From an uncultured Chlorobiaceae bacterium (GTDB lineage Bacteria; Bacteroidota; Ignavibacteria; UBA10030; SZUA-254), in NCBI GenBank assembly GCA_964512655.1, contig CAZEJT010000011.1:2848-66847 (forward strand): a DNA stretch of 64,000 nucleotides, written 5' to 3'. The notes under the pieces are model-generated. The model saw only the letters and a list, made by a program, of their open reading frames with translations, was not told where the DNA came from and did not search any database. The position numbers and the translations under genes are program-made. Shown here piece by piece: positions 11,796 through 20,743 of the stretch. Each line of letters starts with the position of its first letter. Within the stretch, counting starts at the first letter, position 1.

Positions 11796-14306
11796 TCAGA
11801 GCCTGCCTTGTGCGCGAAGCGTATCGGCTTTCGCGAGCGCCAGAGGATTCCCGGGCTCCACGCGGAGGGCCTGGGCGTAGAAGCTTCCGGCCGCGAGAAG
11901 ATGCGAACGCGACCTGAGCATGTCCCCGAGAAAAATCATCGCGCCCACCTCGCGGGGATTCGCCCCGAGCGACCGTTCCGCCTCATCGAACGCCTCATCC
12001 CCCAGCTCGATCTTGGCGTACATCCCCGCGAGCATGAGGTGAAGGCGCGCCCTCGCGGTCTGATCGCCGGTAGCGTTAATCGAATCGCCGATCGCGAGTA
12101 TTCCGGAGAAGGCTCTGACGAGCGGGTTCGCCCTGTCGACACCCTCCAGGCGCGAGACGTAGGTTCGCGCAGTGAGAGTGTCGCCGCACATGAGGTTGTA
12201 GTCGATGCCCCAGAGAAGGCCGATGGAATAGAGCGAATCGGCACGGAGGAGTGCACTCAGGACCTCGACCGATCGTCGGGGGTATCCGATCCTCCAGTAG
12301 AGACTCGCGGCGTCGTAGAGACGGGAAGACTTCTCTTGAGACGATGCCGCGGCGCGCGCCTGTCCGAGAAGCTCGACCGCATCCCACTGGTACCTCCCCG
12401 CTTCGATGAACGAATAGGTCTGCGGAAGCGCGAGAATCTTGCGGTACTCTCCGGCCGCCTTGAGCGTGTCGCCGTTAAACAGGGACGCGATCATCGCCTG
12501 ATAGACCACATCCGTCTGGTCCGGGGCAAGCCGGAGCGCGGCGCCAAGCGTCTGGAGCGCCCGCCCGTATTCTCCCCGCACGAGCTCGCTTCTCCCCTTG
12601 CGCAAAAGCTCCGTGGGACTCAGCGTGTCGAACGATTCATGGGGAGGCGTCCGGACGATCGGCTCGATCAGGCGCGAGTGCACTCTCATCAGGTTGGGCA
12701 CTTCTCCAACCGGCTCGAACCAGAATCTTCTCGATTCGCGCATCGGGAACTCGTACGCCCTCAGGTCCTTCCACTGGGCGGGAGTGAAGAGGTATTCCAC
12801 CCTGTCGTTCCGGAGAATCGCCTCAAACTCGGGGAGCGTCACTGCCTGGTCCATCTCGAGCACCTTCCGGCCCCCGGCGACGAGCACGAGGTCCTTTTCA
12901 GGGCTTGCGATGATCGCGTCCTGAGGAAGTTTCGCGGTGATCCACGATCCGAGGCGCTTCCACTGGTACCGGAACGCCGCGGGGAGCGTCGGATATTTGA
13001 GGACCTGTTCGGGCGTGCGGTTGTACGCTATGTTCAGCGAGATGTTCTCCCCCAAACCCAGCAGGTTCGGCGTCATGAGAAGCGCCGCCCCTGCGATTGC
13101 AATGCGCTTCCCCGCGGCGCTCCAGTCGATGAGGCCGCGGAACCCGAGAAGCCAGTAGTAGATCAGGAGAGGGAGAAGCGGAAGGAGGTATCTGATGTCG
13201 TGCGCCGGGAAGATCAGGATGATTGCAAGGTAGGTCAGGACGAACAATACCCTCGCTCCCCCCGACCGGGACGATCGCAAATCGCGGCGCATTCCTGCGA
13301 ATGCCGCCGCGAACGTCATAAGGATCAGAGCCGGCTTCGCGAAATCGATCGCGCGGGCTGCCCATTGGTACGGTGCCGAGGGGCTGACGACGAGGTCGGA
13401 GATCTGCCCAGCGCGGAGCGGGCCGAAGAGGGCCATGCCGAGCTGCGGAGCATACTCCATTGCCGACGCCTTGATCCTCAGAGCAAACTCCCTCGCGAGC
13501 GGGGCATCACCCGGGGTGAAAAAATGCCTGAAGAGGATTCCCGGGTTGGTGAACTCGTGCGCGTACCGGGGGGTCAGCACCGACTGGTTTCTCCAGTACC
13601 AGAGCCCCATCAACGCGGCGGCGGTCAGAACGACAACCGCGGCGAACTTCCACTTGCGGCGGTTCGCAAGAAAGAGCGCGGACGCGATCGCGCCGGCGAC
13701 CCCCGCCTCCCGGAGGAGAGGGAGAGCCGAAATGCAGATGACGAGGAGCGCATCCTGAAGTCGTCGCTTTGCAGGATCTTTCGCTTCCGATTCGCTGAGC
13801 AGCAGGGCGAGGAGAAGAAAGACGAGAAACGGGGCATCGGAAAGCGCCTCCCCCGAGAAGATCACAAGGAGCGGGTTGAATGCGAGGATGAATATTCCAG
13901 TTCCCGCCGCTGTCTCGCCGATCATGCGCCGGACAAAAACATAGAAGAGGACCAGCGCGGCCGCTCCCCAGCACATGGTCCAGACCTTTGCTGCCGCCAG
14001 CGACATCGGAAAAAAAAGCTCGGCGGGGACGAGCAGGAGCGAATAGAGCGGCGGATTGATCATGAAGCGCTCGGGAACAGGCTTTGTGGCGTCCACCCAC
14101 CCCTCTCCGTGTGCGAGCGAGGTGCCGAGAATGACGTAGCGGCAGCTGTCGGGTGTGTAGACGGAGGTGTCGTTCATGCGGACAAACCCCATCGCGAAGA
14201 AAAGCGCGCACACGACGATGGGCACCCGCCAGTGCCTGAGCCATCCGGAAGCCGCCCCTTCCCTCTCCCCCGGCGAGATCGGTCGGGCTGATCCTGGATG
14301 CGGCAT
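11796..14306 (-). CDS. GT-C membrane glycosyltransferase with TPRs (paralog of the downstream gene)
   Basis: YTPDSCRY, PPLYS, LSDAPF, DIRYLLPLLP, MRESRRFWFEP match motifs of 9330..11795; the stop abuts the next start. Confidence 0.8.
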   Translation of the reverse strand: MPHPGSARPISPGEREGAASGWLRHWRVPIVVCALFFAMGFVRMNDTSVYTPDSCRYVILGTSLAHGEGWVDATKPVPERFMINPPLYSLLLVPAELFFPMSLAAAKVWTMCWGAAALVLFYVFVRRMIGETAAGTGIFILAFNPLLVIFSGEALSDAPFLVFLLLALLLSESEAKDPAKRRLQDALLVICISALPLLREAGVAGAIASALFLANRRKWKFAAVVVLTAAALMGLWYWRNQSVLTPRYAHEFTNPGILFRHFFTPGDAPLAREFALRIKASAMEYAPQLGMALFGPLRAGQISDLVVSPSAPYQWAARAIDFAKPALILMTFAAAFAGMRRDLRSSRSGGARVLFVLTYLAIILIFPAHDIRYLLPLLPLLIYYWLLGFRGLIDWSAAGKRIAIAGAALLMTPNLLGLGENISLNIAYNRTPEQVLKYPTLPAAFRYQWKRLGSWITAKLPQDAIIASPEKDLVLVAGGRKVLEMDQAVTLPEFEAILRNDRVEYLFTPAQWKDLRAYEFPMRESRRFWFEPVGEVPNLMRVHSRLIEPIVRTPPHESFDTLSPTELLRKGRSELVRGEYGRALQTLGAALRLAPDQTDVVYQAMIASLFNGDTLKAAGEYRKILALPQTYSFIEAGRYQWDAVELLGQARAAASSQEKSSRLYDAASLYWRIGYPRRSVEVLSALLRADSLYSIGLLWGIDYNLMCGDTLTARTYVSRLEGVDRANPLVRAFSGILAIGDSINATGDQTARARLHLMLAGMYAKIELGDEAFDEAERSLGANPREVGAMIFLGDMLRSRSHLLAAGSFYAQALRVEPGNPLALAKADTLRAQGRL

Positions 14307-14328
14307 TCGGCGGGAGCGCGCCTGTTGG

Positions 14329-14856
14329 CTAGGAGATCGCAGGGGCTGTGGGGCGGCGCAGAACCTGGAATACGGCGAGAACGATGATCGTATAGTAACT
14401 GAGGAGCGCGATCATCGGCACGCCGGCGAGGGCCGCCAGGCGGTGGATGAAGATCTTGCGGAATTCCACGAGGTCGTTCGAGCCGATGTGGTCGAGGAAC
14501 CACATTTTTCCGTCGAGCACCATCGTGTAGATCTCGACGGGAGTGAAGAGATAGAAGAGGATGGCGCTCATCATCAGCCACCCGTTTTCCCTGATCCGAA
14601 GAGAAGTGGTCTTCAGGTAGACGAGCCCGGCGATCCATACGAGCACGTACGCCGCGTCCACGACCACCGAGGCCTGCGAAATGAGGCTGTAGACGGTTCG
14701 CTCTACGTAGGGATGGATGTTCGGCTTGAAGTCGAGGGTCCCCGTCTGGAGGAGGTCAAACCCGATGACCGCCCTGATATTCACGCCGCCCAGCCAGACG
14801 CATCCGGCAATAAGCAGCACGGCGAGCGAGATTCTGGCGGCCGTCCGGTTCTTCAT
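14329..14856 (-). CDS. Hypothetical membrane protein (about 4 TM)
   Basis: Four hydrophobic segments; first gene of the GT-C cluster. Confidence 0.75.
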   Translation of the reverse strand: MKNRTAARISLAVLLIAGCVWLGGVNIRAVIGFDLLQTGTLDFKPNIHPYVERTVYSLISQASVVVDAAYVLVWIAGLVYLKTTSLRIRENGWLMMSAILFYLFTPVEIYTMVLDGKMWFLDHIGSNDLVEFRKIFIHRLAALAGVPMIALLSYYTIIVLAVFQVLRRPTAPAIS

Positions 14857-14936
14857 TCGACGGCAAACTTAAAACTTTTCGGAGTGACTTGCAAGGCGGG
14901 TAGTGCCCGGCCACACACCGCAACCGCACGGTTCTG

Positions 14937-15040
14937 GCGCCGGCTCTAAACTGGTGTCATGGTCCATGCCGTGACACCAGCGGGGATGGAGAGCAATTCC
15001 CGGTGGCCGCCGTCTGCAGGTGCCGGCTTCAGCTGGCGCG
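14937..15040 (+). repeat. Mosaic: family-B palindrome plus REP-A copy
   Basis: CTGGTGTCATGG-TCCATG-CCGTGACACCAG at 14951-14980 and GCAGGTGCCGGCTTCAGCTGGCG at 15016-15038; aligns with 7185-7271. Confidence 0.85.
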
Positions 15041-15400
15041 TTCCTTATCGAGGAGGTAATTCTTGATCATCGCTAGGTCTTCGAACAGCCCGAGGAGCCG
15101 GCCAAGCGCTTCATGCGAAGGAGTGAGAAACAGTTTTCTGAAGGATTGCGCCTCCTCCCCTCCGGACGCGTTCGAAAGGTCGCTGAGAAGCGTCGATGCC
15201 TTCGAGAGTTTTTCTGCATACTCCGCCGACAGACGCGTAATGTCTTCTCCCGCCGGCCTTCGCAGAATGGCGCCCGCCCGCGTGATGAACTTTGCGAGGA
15301 AAATCGCCTCCTCGAATCTCTCCTCCCTTCCGCGCGAGGATGAGACGAGAAACGCTACCTCGGCTCGATGTGAAAATATTCTCCCCGAATACTTCTCCAC
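15029..15400 (-). CDS. Hypothetical helical protein
   Basis: Fills the gap downstream of the kinase. The frame is open upstream of the GTG, so the start is uncertain. The TGA stop lies inside a REP loop. Confidence 0.6.
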   Translation of the reverse strand: MEKYSGRIFSHRAEVAFLVSSSRGREERFEEAIFLAKFITRAGAILRRPAGEDITRLSAEYAEKLSKASTLLSDLSNASGGEEAQSFRKLFLTPSHEALGRLLGLFEDLAMIKNYLLDKERAS

Positions 15401-15464
15401 CTCATCAAGAAACGCGTCGATGTCCTGGATACCCTCGCGTCCCGGCGTACCCAGGGGAACCCTC

Positions 15465-16898
15465 TCAGGCGGGAAGAAGAACCGTGAATTTGGAACCCAC
15501 TCCTACCTGGCTCTCGACGCTCACCGAGCCTCCGTGGGCCTCGGCGACATGCTTCACGAGCGCGAGTCCGAGTCCAGATCCCTTCTCGTTGGTCAGGGGG
15601 GAATTCTTCGCCTGGTAGAATTTGTCGAAGAGCCGCTTGAGATCCGCTTCGGGGATCCCGACGCCGGAATCCTGAACGTCGATCCGCACGCATCCTTTGC
15701 CGTTCTTCGACGCCTGAGCGCACTCGGTTTCCTTCTTGACGAGAACGTTGATCGTTCCGTTCTCCGGAGTGTACTTGAGGGCGTTCGAGAGAAGATTGCT
15801 GATCACCTGCGTCATCCGCTCTTTGTCGAGGAGCAGCTGCGGAATCTCGGAGGCGTCGAATTTGACCTTGATCTGCCGCGTCTGCGCGATCAGCTGCGCT
15901 TCCTGCACGAGCGGGCTGAGCAGATCGACGAGGCTCGATTCCTCGAACTTGAACTTCATCAGACCCGCCTCCATCTTGGCGACGTCGAGGAAAAGATTGA
16001 CGAACTGGTTGATCCTGTTCGTCGACTGGTGGATCATCCCCACCGCGTCCTTCTGCCTGTCGGTCAGCTCGGGGCCGTTTCTTGCGTGCATGATCGAATA
16101 ACACCCCGCCTTGATCACCTGGAGAGGCGTCCGCATTTCGTGTGAGATCTCCGACATCATCTGCATCCGCATCTCGTCGAGCTGTCTCAGCTTGTCGCTC
16201 ATCAGGTTGAACGCGCGGGTGAGGTCCGCAATCTCGTCGTTCGACGTCACCCGGACGGTTTCGTACTTCCCTTCGCCCACCTTTTCCGTCCCGGCCTTGA
16301 GGGCCTCGATCGGCTTCGTCACCGTGCGGCCGAGGAACGTTGCGATCACCAGGGCGCTGGCAAGCGCCAGGGCAAGGATGATATAGGCGCCTCCCATGGC
16401 GTCGGAGGTCCGTTCCGGCATTTTGCCGAGCGATTTGCTCAGGGCCGGAAGATAGGCTTCGGTGATCGCCTGGAGGGATAGGGAGATCGAATCGCCCAAC
16501 GGGGCGATCTGATTCAATGCCGGGGATGCGTCGTACCCCGCGTTGTTGGCCAGCAGCGACTTCTGGAGGCGCAGCGAGTCGGAGTAGCGGCGGTGCAGGG
16601 CGGACGCGCGCGACGAGGCCAGCCGGGCGTCGTCGCGATCGACGATCCGGGACAGAGAATCGAGATTCCGTTCCATCTCGGCGCCGATCAGGGCAAGGGT
16701 CTGCTCGTTATAGGGGTCCCTCGTTTCGAAGTACTTCTTCGCCGCGTCATGCTCCGAGACGAAGAGCCGCTCGGTAAACTGCGCCAGAGGAACGACCCTG
16801 AACTCGGTCTGGTCCGAAGAATAGACGGTCTTGAGCATCTGGAGGATTGTGATGCTTGCCCCGACCATGAACAGGATGATCACTGCGAACCATCCCAT
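15465..16898 (-). CDS. HAMP-domain sensor histidine kinase
   Basis: Two TMs, HAMP (SNDEIADLTRAFN), ISHEMRTPL H-box, NALKY, DSGVGI, GSGLGL. An in-frame CTG at 16952 could extend the N-terminus. Confidence 0.95.
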   Translation of the reverse strand: MGWFAVIILFMVGASITILQMLKTVYSSDQTEFRVVPLAQFTERLFVSEHDAAKKYFETRDPYNEQTLALIGAEMERNLDSLSRIVDRDDARLASSRASALHRRYSDSLRLQKSLLANNAGYDASPALNQIAPLGDSISLSLQAITEAYLPALSKSLGKMPERTSDAMGGAYIILALALASALVIATFLGRTVTKPIEALKAGTEKVGEGKYETVRVTSNDEIADLTRAFNLMSDKLRQLDEMRMQMMSEISHEMRTPLQVIKAGCYSIMHARNGPELTDRQKDAVGMIHQSTNRINQFVNLFLDVAKMEAGLMKFKFEESSLVDLLSPLVQEAQLIAQTRQIKVKFDASEIPQLLLDKERMTQVISNLLSNALKYTPENGTINVLVKKETECAQASKNGKGCVRIDVQDSGVGIPEADLKRLFDKFYQAKNSPLTNEKGSGLGLALVKHVAEAHGGSVSVESQVGVGSKFTVLLPA

Positions 16899-16964
16899 GA
16901 TCTTTCTGAAGAGGGAGCGGCGGGGCGGCGCTATGGCGGGTTGTGATGTCAGATTGTACGGTTC

Positions 16965-16992
16965 AAGATAGAGGAAAGCGCGTGAAAGTCAA
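16965..16992 (-). promoter_or_regulatory. Putative sigma70 promoter of the sensor kinase
   Basis: TTGACT-N16-TATCTT on the minus strand. Confidence 0.45.
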
Positions 16993-17189
16993 GAGTCCTT
17001 GCGGCCTCGCGGGGGCGGAGGTCGGGAAATAATTTGACTTTGTGGGCTCAAAGGCCGAAATTCAAACTACACGGCGCACCGGATCCGGGCCCGGCATCGC
17101 CACGGTTGCAACCCATGAATCGAAGTGTTACATTCGTCACGCTTTGGATTGCGATGCGGGCATCGATCAACAACAGAAAGGGTCACACC

Positions 17190-18359
17190 ATGAGGGGAAA
17201 ACTTCCGGTCGTGCTGCTGCTTCTCACAGCGGGCACGCAGGGCGCGCTCTCGCTTCCGCGCTTCGCGCTGATGACGGGCGCTCGATGTTCCTCCTGCCAC
17301 GTGAATCCCACGGGAGGACAGATGCGCTCCGACTACGGCATCACTTTCAGCCAGGAGAAAATCCCGATTGAGGAACTGCGCGACAGCGACTTCACATTCA
17401 GCGGGAAGCTCAGCGACAACATCTCCCTCGGCGGCGACTACCGCTCGCAGTTCATCTACGACGGGCTCTCGAAATCGACGACGTTCCAGGCGATGACGAC
17501 CTCGATCTACGGCTCCGCCACCCTCTCAAAGAAGTTCGTCTTCTACTTCAAGCAGGACCTGGTCAATGGCACTTACAGCGGTCCCGGCGGCCTCAACAGC
17601 GGCCTCTACAACGGTACGGAGGTCTACGGCCTCGCAAAAATCCTCCCTTCGGGAGGATACATCAAGGGCGGGAGCTTCCTGCCGAACTACGGCTGGCGGA
17701 TCGACGATCATACGGCTTACACGAGGGGCGGAGACCTTGGCTTCACCGGCGCCGGATCTCATCCGGGGCTCCTCTTCGTGCCGAATTACAAGGACATCGG
17801 CGTTGAGATAGGGGTCTATCTGGAGAATCTGTTCGTTACCGCGGGGCTCTTCAACGGGACCGGCCAGCTTCAGCCGATCGATTTTTCCGATTACAAGGCG
17901 TACGCCGTGAAGGCGGAGTATGCGGGAGGCGGAGGCCCGGAGTCGTTCAATTTCAGGATCGGTGCCTCAGGATACGGCTACCGTGAATTCTCAATGGGCG
18001 GGTTTAATGCCGGTATAGGCGTAGGAGATCTCACCCTGCTCGGCGAGGTCGACTGGACCAAGAATTACATGGTCAGCGGATTAAATCCCGGTGGAAATTC
18101 GATGATGGCATTCGGAGAGCTCGATTTCAGGGCGGTGCAGGGATTCTGGCTGACCGGAAGGTTCGACATGATCGACCCTGTGCAGGGCGTATCGAACGGC
18201 GACCTGAGCCCCGCGACGAACAGCATCGAGCGCGTCACGCTCGGAGTGGAATGCTTCCCGCTCTCGTTCGTAGAGGTGAGGCCGCAGTACCGGATCGTGA
18301 TCGAACAGCCGAGCGTGAGCAACGACGTGGCGCTCGTTCAGATGCATGTCTGGTTTTAG
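17190..18359 (+). CDS. Cyc2-like fused monoheme cytochrome c / outer-membrane beta-barrel
   Basis: Signal peptide, then LPRFALMTGARCSSCH (PxFAxxTGxxCxxCH), amphipathic beta-strands and terminal Phe (QMHVWF). ATG at 17190 follows a purine-rich RBS-like stretch. Confidence 0.7.
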   Translation: MRGKLPVVLLLLTAGTQGALSLPRFALMTGARCSSCHVNPTGGQMRSDYGITFSQEKIPIEELRDSDFTFSGKLSDNISLGGDYRSQFIYDGLSKSTTFQAMTTSIYGSATLSKKFVFYFKQDLVNGTYSGPGGLNSGLYNGTEVYGLAKILPSGGYIKGGSFLPNYGWRIDDHTAYTRGGDLGFTGAGSHPGLLFVPNYKDIGVEIGVYLENLFVTAGLFNGTGQLQPIDFSDYKAYAVKAEYAGGGGPESFNFRIGASGYGYREFSMGGFNAGIGVGDLTLLGEVDWTKNYMVSGLNPGGNSMMAFGELDFRAVQGFWLTGRFDMIDPVQGVSNGDLSPATNSIERVTLGVECFPLSFVEVRPQYRIVIEQPSVSNDVALVQMHVWF

Positions 18360-18369
18360 CGGAGGCGCC

Positions 18370-18792
18370 ATGACGGATATCGTGAAGGGGAGAACCCTTA
18401 TCGGCGCGGCGCTCTTCGCACTGCTCCTGATCACTGTTGCGCGCGGAGAACAGGAGTCGAAGAAGCGTCCGAAGAACGGGAAAGCATCGAAGACCGTCTC
18501 GTACAAGAAGGACATCGTGCCGATCCTCAAGACCTACTGCCTCCCGTGCCATACGGAAGACCAGATGAACCCGAGCGAGCTCTACCTCGACAACTACGAA
18601 GACATGATGAAGGGGGGCAAGCACGGCAAGCCGATCGATCCGTCGAAACCCGACTCGTGCCTCATGATGATGAAGCTCAGCCTCAAGCCGCCGTTCGGAG
18701 ACCCGATGCCCCTGAAGCGCAAAACGCCGGTTCCCCAGGACACGCTCAACATCCTCAAGAAGTGGATCAGTCAGGGTGCGAAAAAGAACTGA
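18370..18792 (+). CDS. Periplasmic monoheme cytochrome c (planctomycete cytochrome C-type domain)
   Basis: Signal peptide, VSYKKDIVPILKTYCLPCH...GGKHG...PMP...WISQGA; GGAGG RBS before ATG 18370. Confidence 0.85.
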   Translation: MTDIVKGRTLIGAALFALLLITVARGEQESKKRPKNGKASKTVSYKKDIVPILKTYCLPCHTEDQMNPSELYLDNYEDMMKGGKHGKPIDPSKPDSCLMMMKLSLKPPFGDPMPLKRKTPVPQDTLNILKKWISQGAKKN

Positions 18793-18825
18793 CGTGTCTC
18801 TGAGTCCCCCGCTGCTCCGAGGAGA

Positions 18826-20004
18826 ATGAGCGACCAACAGAGCCGCATCGGCGAGCTCCTTGTCGAATCCGACAGGCTGATACGCTCCGGCCGCTACTCG
18901 GCGGCCGACGAGCTTCTTCAGGACGTCCTCGGCGCCGATCCCGGCAACGACAACGCCCGCAAGTACCTCGACAGGATCCAGTATCTCGTCAAGCAGCTCT
19001 CCCAGCGCTCCGACCTGACCAAGGAAGTCCGGGACGAGATCCGGAACTACTCGGCCCTTCTCGCCGCCCGAAAGCTGAGCCAGTCGGCATCCCTCCTCGA
19101 CGCGGCGCGGAAGTACATCGAAGCGGGCGACATCAAGAAGGCCTCCGTCGATACCGCCCGGGCCCTCGCCCTCGACCCGGGGAACAGCTATGCCCGGGCG
19201 CTCATGCAGCAGCTCACCGACCTGCAGAAGAAGCATGCCGGCTCGCCCGACGATCCCGACAACATCCTGAAGTTTCGTTCGTTCGTCTGGGAGACCTGGC
19301 ACAAGGGGAATCCGTCCGAGGTGCAGCGCGGCATCCTGAAAGGCGTGCAAAAACAATTGGGAATACTCGATGATGCCGCCATTCGGGTCGAGACGGAGCT
19401 GAGGAACCGTCTGTACAAGGACGCGCTCACCGAGATCTGGCGCGGGGGAGGGATATCCGCCTTCTCACTTCCGGAAGTCGAGCGCCTGCAGACGAAGTTC
19501 GGGGTCTCGCCGATCGACCACGTGGCGGTCGAGTCGGCTCTCGTCCGCGATATGCGAAAAGAGCTGGTGCGCGCCACCGTCCTCGTGGTCGACGAGGACT
19601 CCAACCACCTTCTGGAGATTACGAAACAGCTCAGGGCTCACTCGTTCGCGATCGTCGCGGCCGCGGGGGTCGAAGAAGCGCTCACCGCGCTGGAAACTGT
19701 CTCCCCGGACGCCGTCGTCTCGGAAATCAACTTCCAGGAAACCCCGCTGGGATTCGATCTGTTCGAGTTCATACGCACGACTCCCGCCACGCGTCACGTT
19801 CCGTTCATCTTCATCACTTCGGAACTCGACAGGATCACGCACATCATCGGCAAGCGCCTGGGGGTGGACGAATTCCTCTCCAAGCCGGTCGACTACGAGC
19901 TCCTCGCCTGCACGCTCATGGGAAAAGTGGCGCAGAGAGGAAGCCAGAAGCCGCTCGCCCCTCAGGCGTCGGCGAGCGATCGCGGCCGCTTCATCAAGCG
20001 GTAA
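18826..20004 (+). CDS. TPR-containing protein with an atypical C-terminal receiver domain
   Basis: TPR-like helices (ALALDPGNSYA); receiver VLVVDED...PDAVVSEINF...FIFITS...LSKP. Confidence 0.8.
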   Translation: MSDQQSRIGELLVESDRLIRSGRYSAADELLQDVLGADPGNDNARKYLDRIQYLVKQLSQRSDLTKEVRDEIRNYSALLAARKLSQSASLLDAARKYIEAGDIKKASVDTARALALDPGNSYARALMQQLTDLQKKHAGSPDDPDNILKFRSFVWETWHKGNPSEVQRGILKGVQKQLGILDDAAIRVETELRNRLYKDALTEIWRGGGISAFSLPEVERLQTKFGVSPIDHVAVESALVRDMRKELVRATVLVVDEDSNHLLEITKQLRAHSFAIVAAAGVEEALTALETVSPDAVVSEINFQETPLGFDLFEFIRTTPATRHVPFIFITSELDRITHIIGKRLGVDEFLSKPVDYELLACTLMGKVAQRGSQKPLAPQASASDRGRFIKR

Positions 20005-20016
20005 CCTCCCTCCGCC

Positions 20017-20535
20017 TCACGACTTCTTCTGCTGGAATTTCAAGCGGTGGCGCCTGAAGGACTCGATGCGGCGCTCCTCCCCCGCAAGGGGGATGACGCT
20101 GACGGTGCCGTCGGATTCCATGATGGCGGTCTTGACTTTTCCCACGCTCTCGATCCCGTGCTCTCTGATGACCCGCTCGAGCTCCTCCTCGGTGATCTGC
20201 TCCGCGTCGAGGTGGCTCCGGATCGCTTTCCCGTCATGGACAAGAAGCGTCGGGACTCCTTCGAGGAGAGTCTCCGCCCCTTTGGACCGGAAAAAAATAA
20301 GCGACAGGAGATAGTTGAGAACGAGCAGGGTCACCGCCGCGGCGATGCCGCCGATGAGGGACGAGTCGTTCCCCACCATCGCGTTCTGAACCGCGTTGCT
20401 GATGAGCAGAATCAGCACGAGATCGATCGTCGTGAGCTGCGCGACGTGCTTCTTGCCGAGGAGCCTGAGACCGATCAGAACGACGATATAGACTGTCGCA
20501 GATCTCAGCGCGATATCGAGAAGAACTGGTGTCAT
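20017..20535 (-). CDS. DUF421 (YetF-like) membrane protein
   Basis: LRLLGKKHVAQLTTIDLVLILLISNAVQNAM, EGVPTLLVHDG, ESDGTVSVI. Confidence 0.9.
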   Translation of the reverse strand: MTPVLLDIALRSATVYIVVLIGLRLLGKKHVAQLTTIDLVLILLISNAVQNAMVGNDSSLIGGIAAAVTLLVLNYLLSLIFFRSKGAETLLEGVPTLLVHDGKAIRSHLDAEQITEEELERVIREHGIESVGKVKTAIMESDGTVSVIPLAGEERRIESFRRHRLKFQQKKS

Positions 20536-20743
20536 GTACTTTTCTCCCTTTCGTAACTTTGACCTCTCCCGCCGTAAAAATTACCGGAACGCGGGAAGAG
20601 TTACAATGCGCCCCCGAGGTGCGAAATCGGTGTTTGAACCGCTCCACGAGGTGAATTGTTCTGATAGAGAGAGAGCGGTCGAAATTGGTACATTTATTGA
20701 ACCGAATTGAATGAATTGAACCCGACCACGGCCAGAGGGACGC

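Noticed and set aside
11070-14291. 1073 aa + strand ORF
   Set aside because: Antisense shadow of the GT-C/TPR genes; Arg/Glu-rich with no motifs, as expected from GC-rich codon bias.
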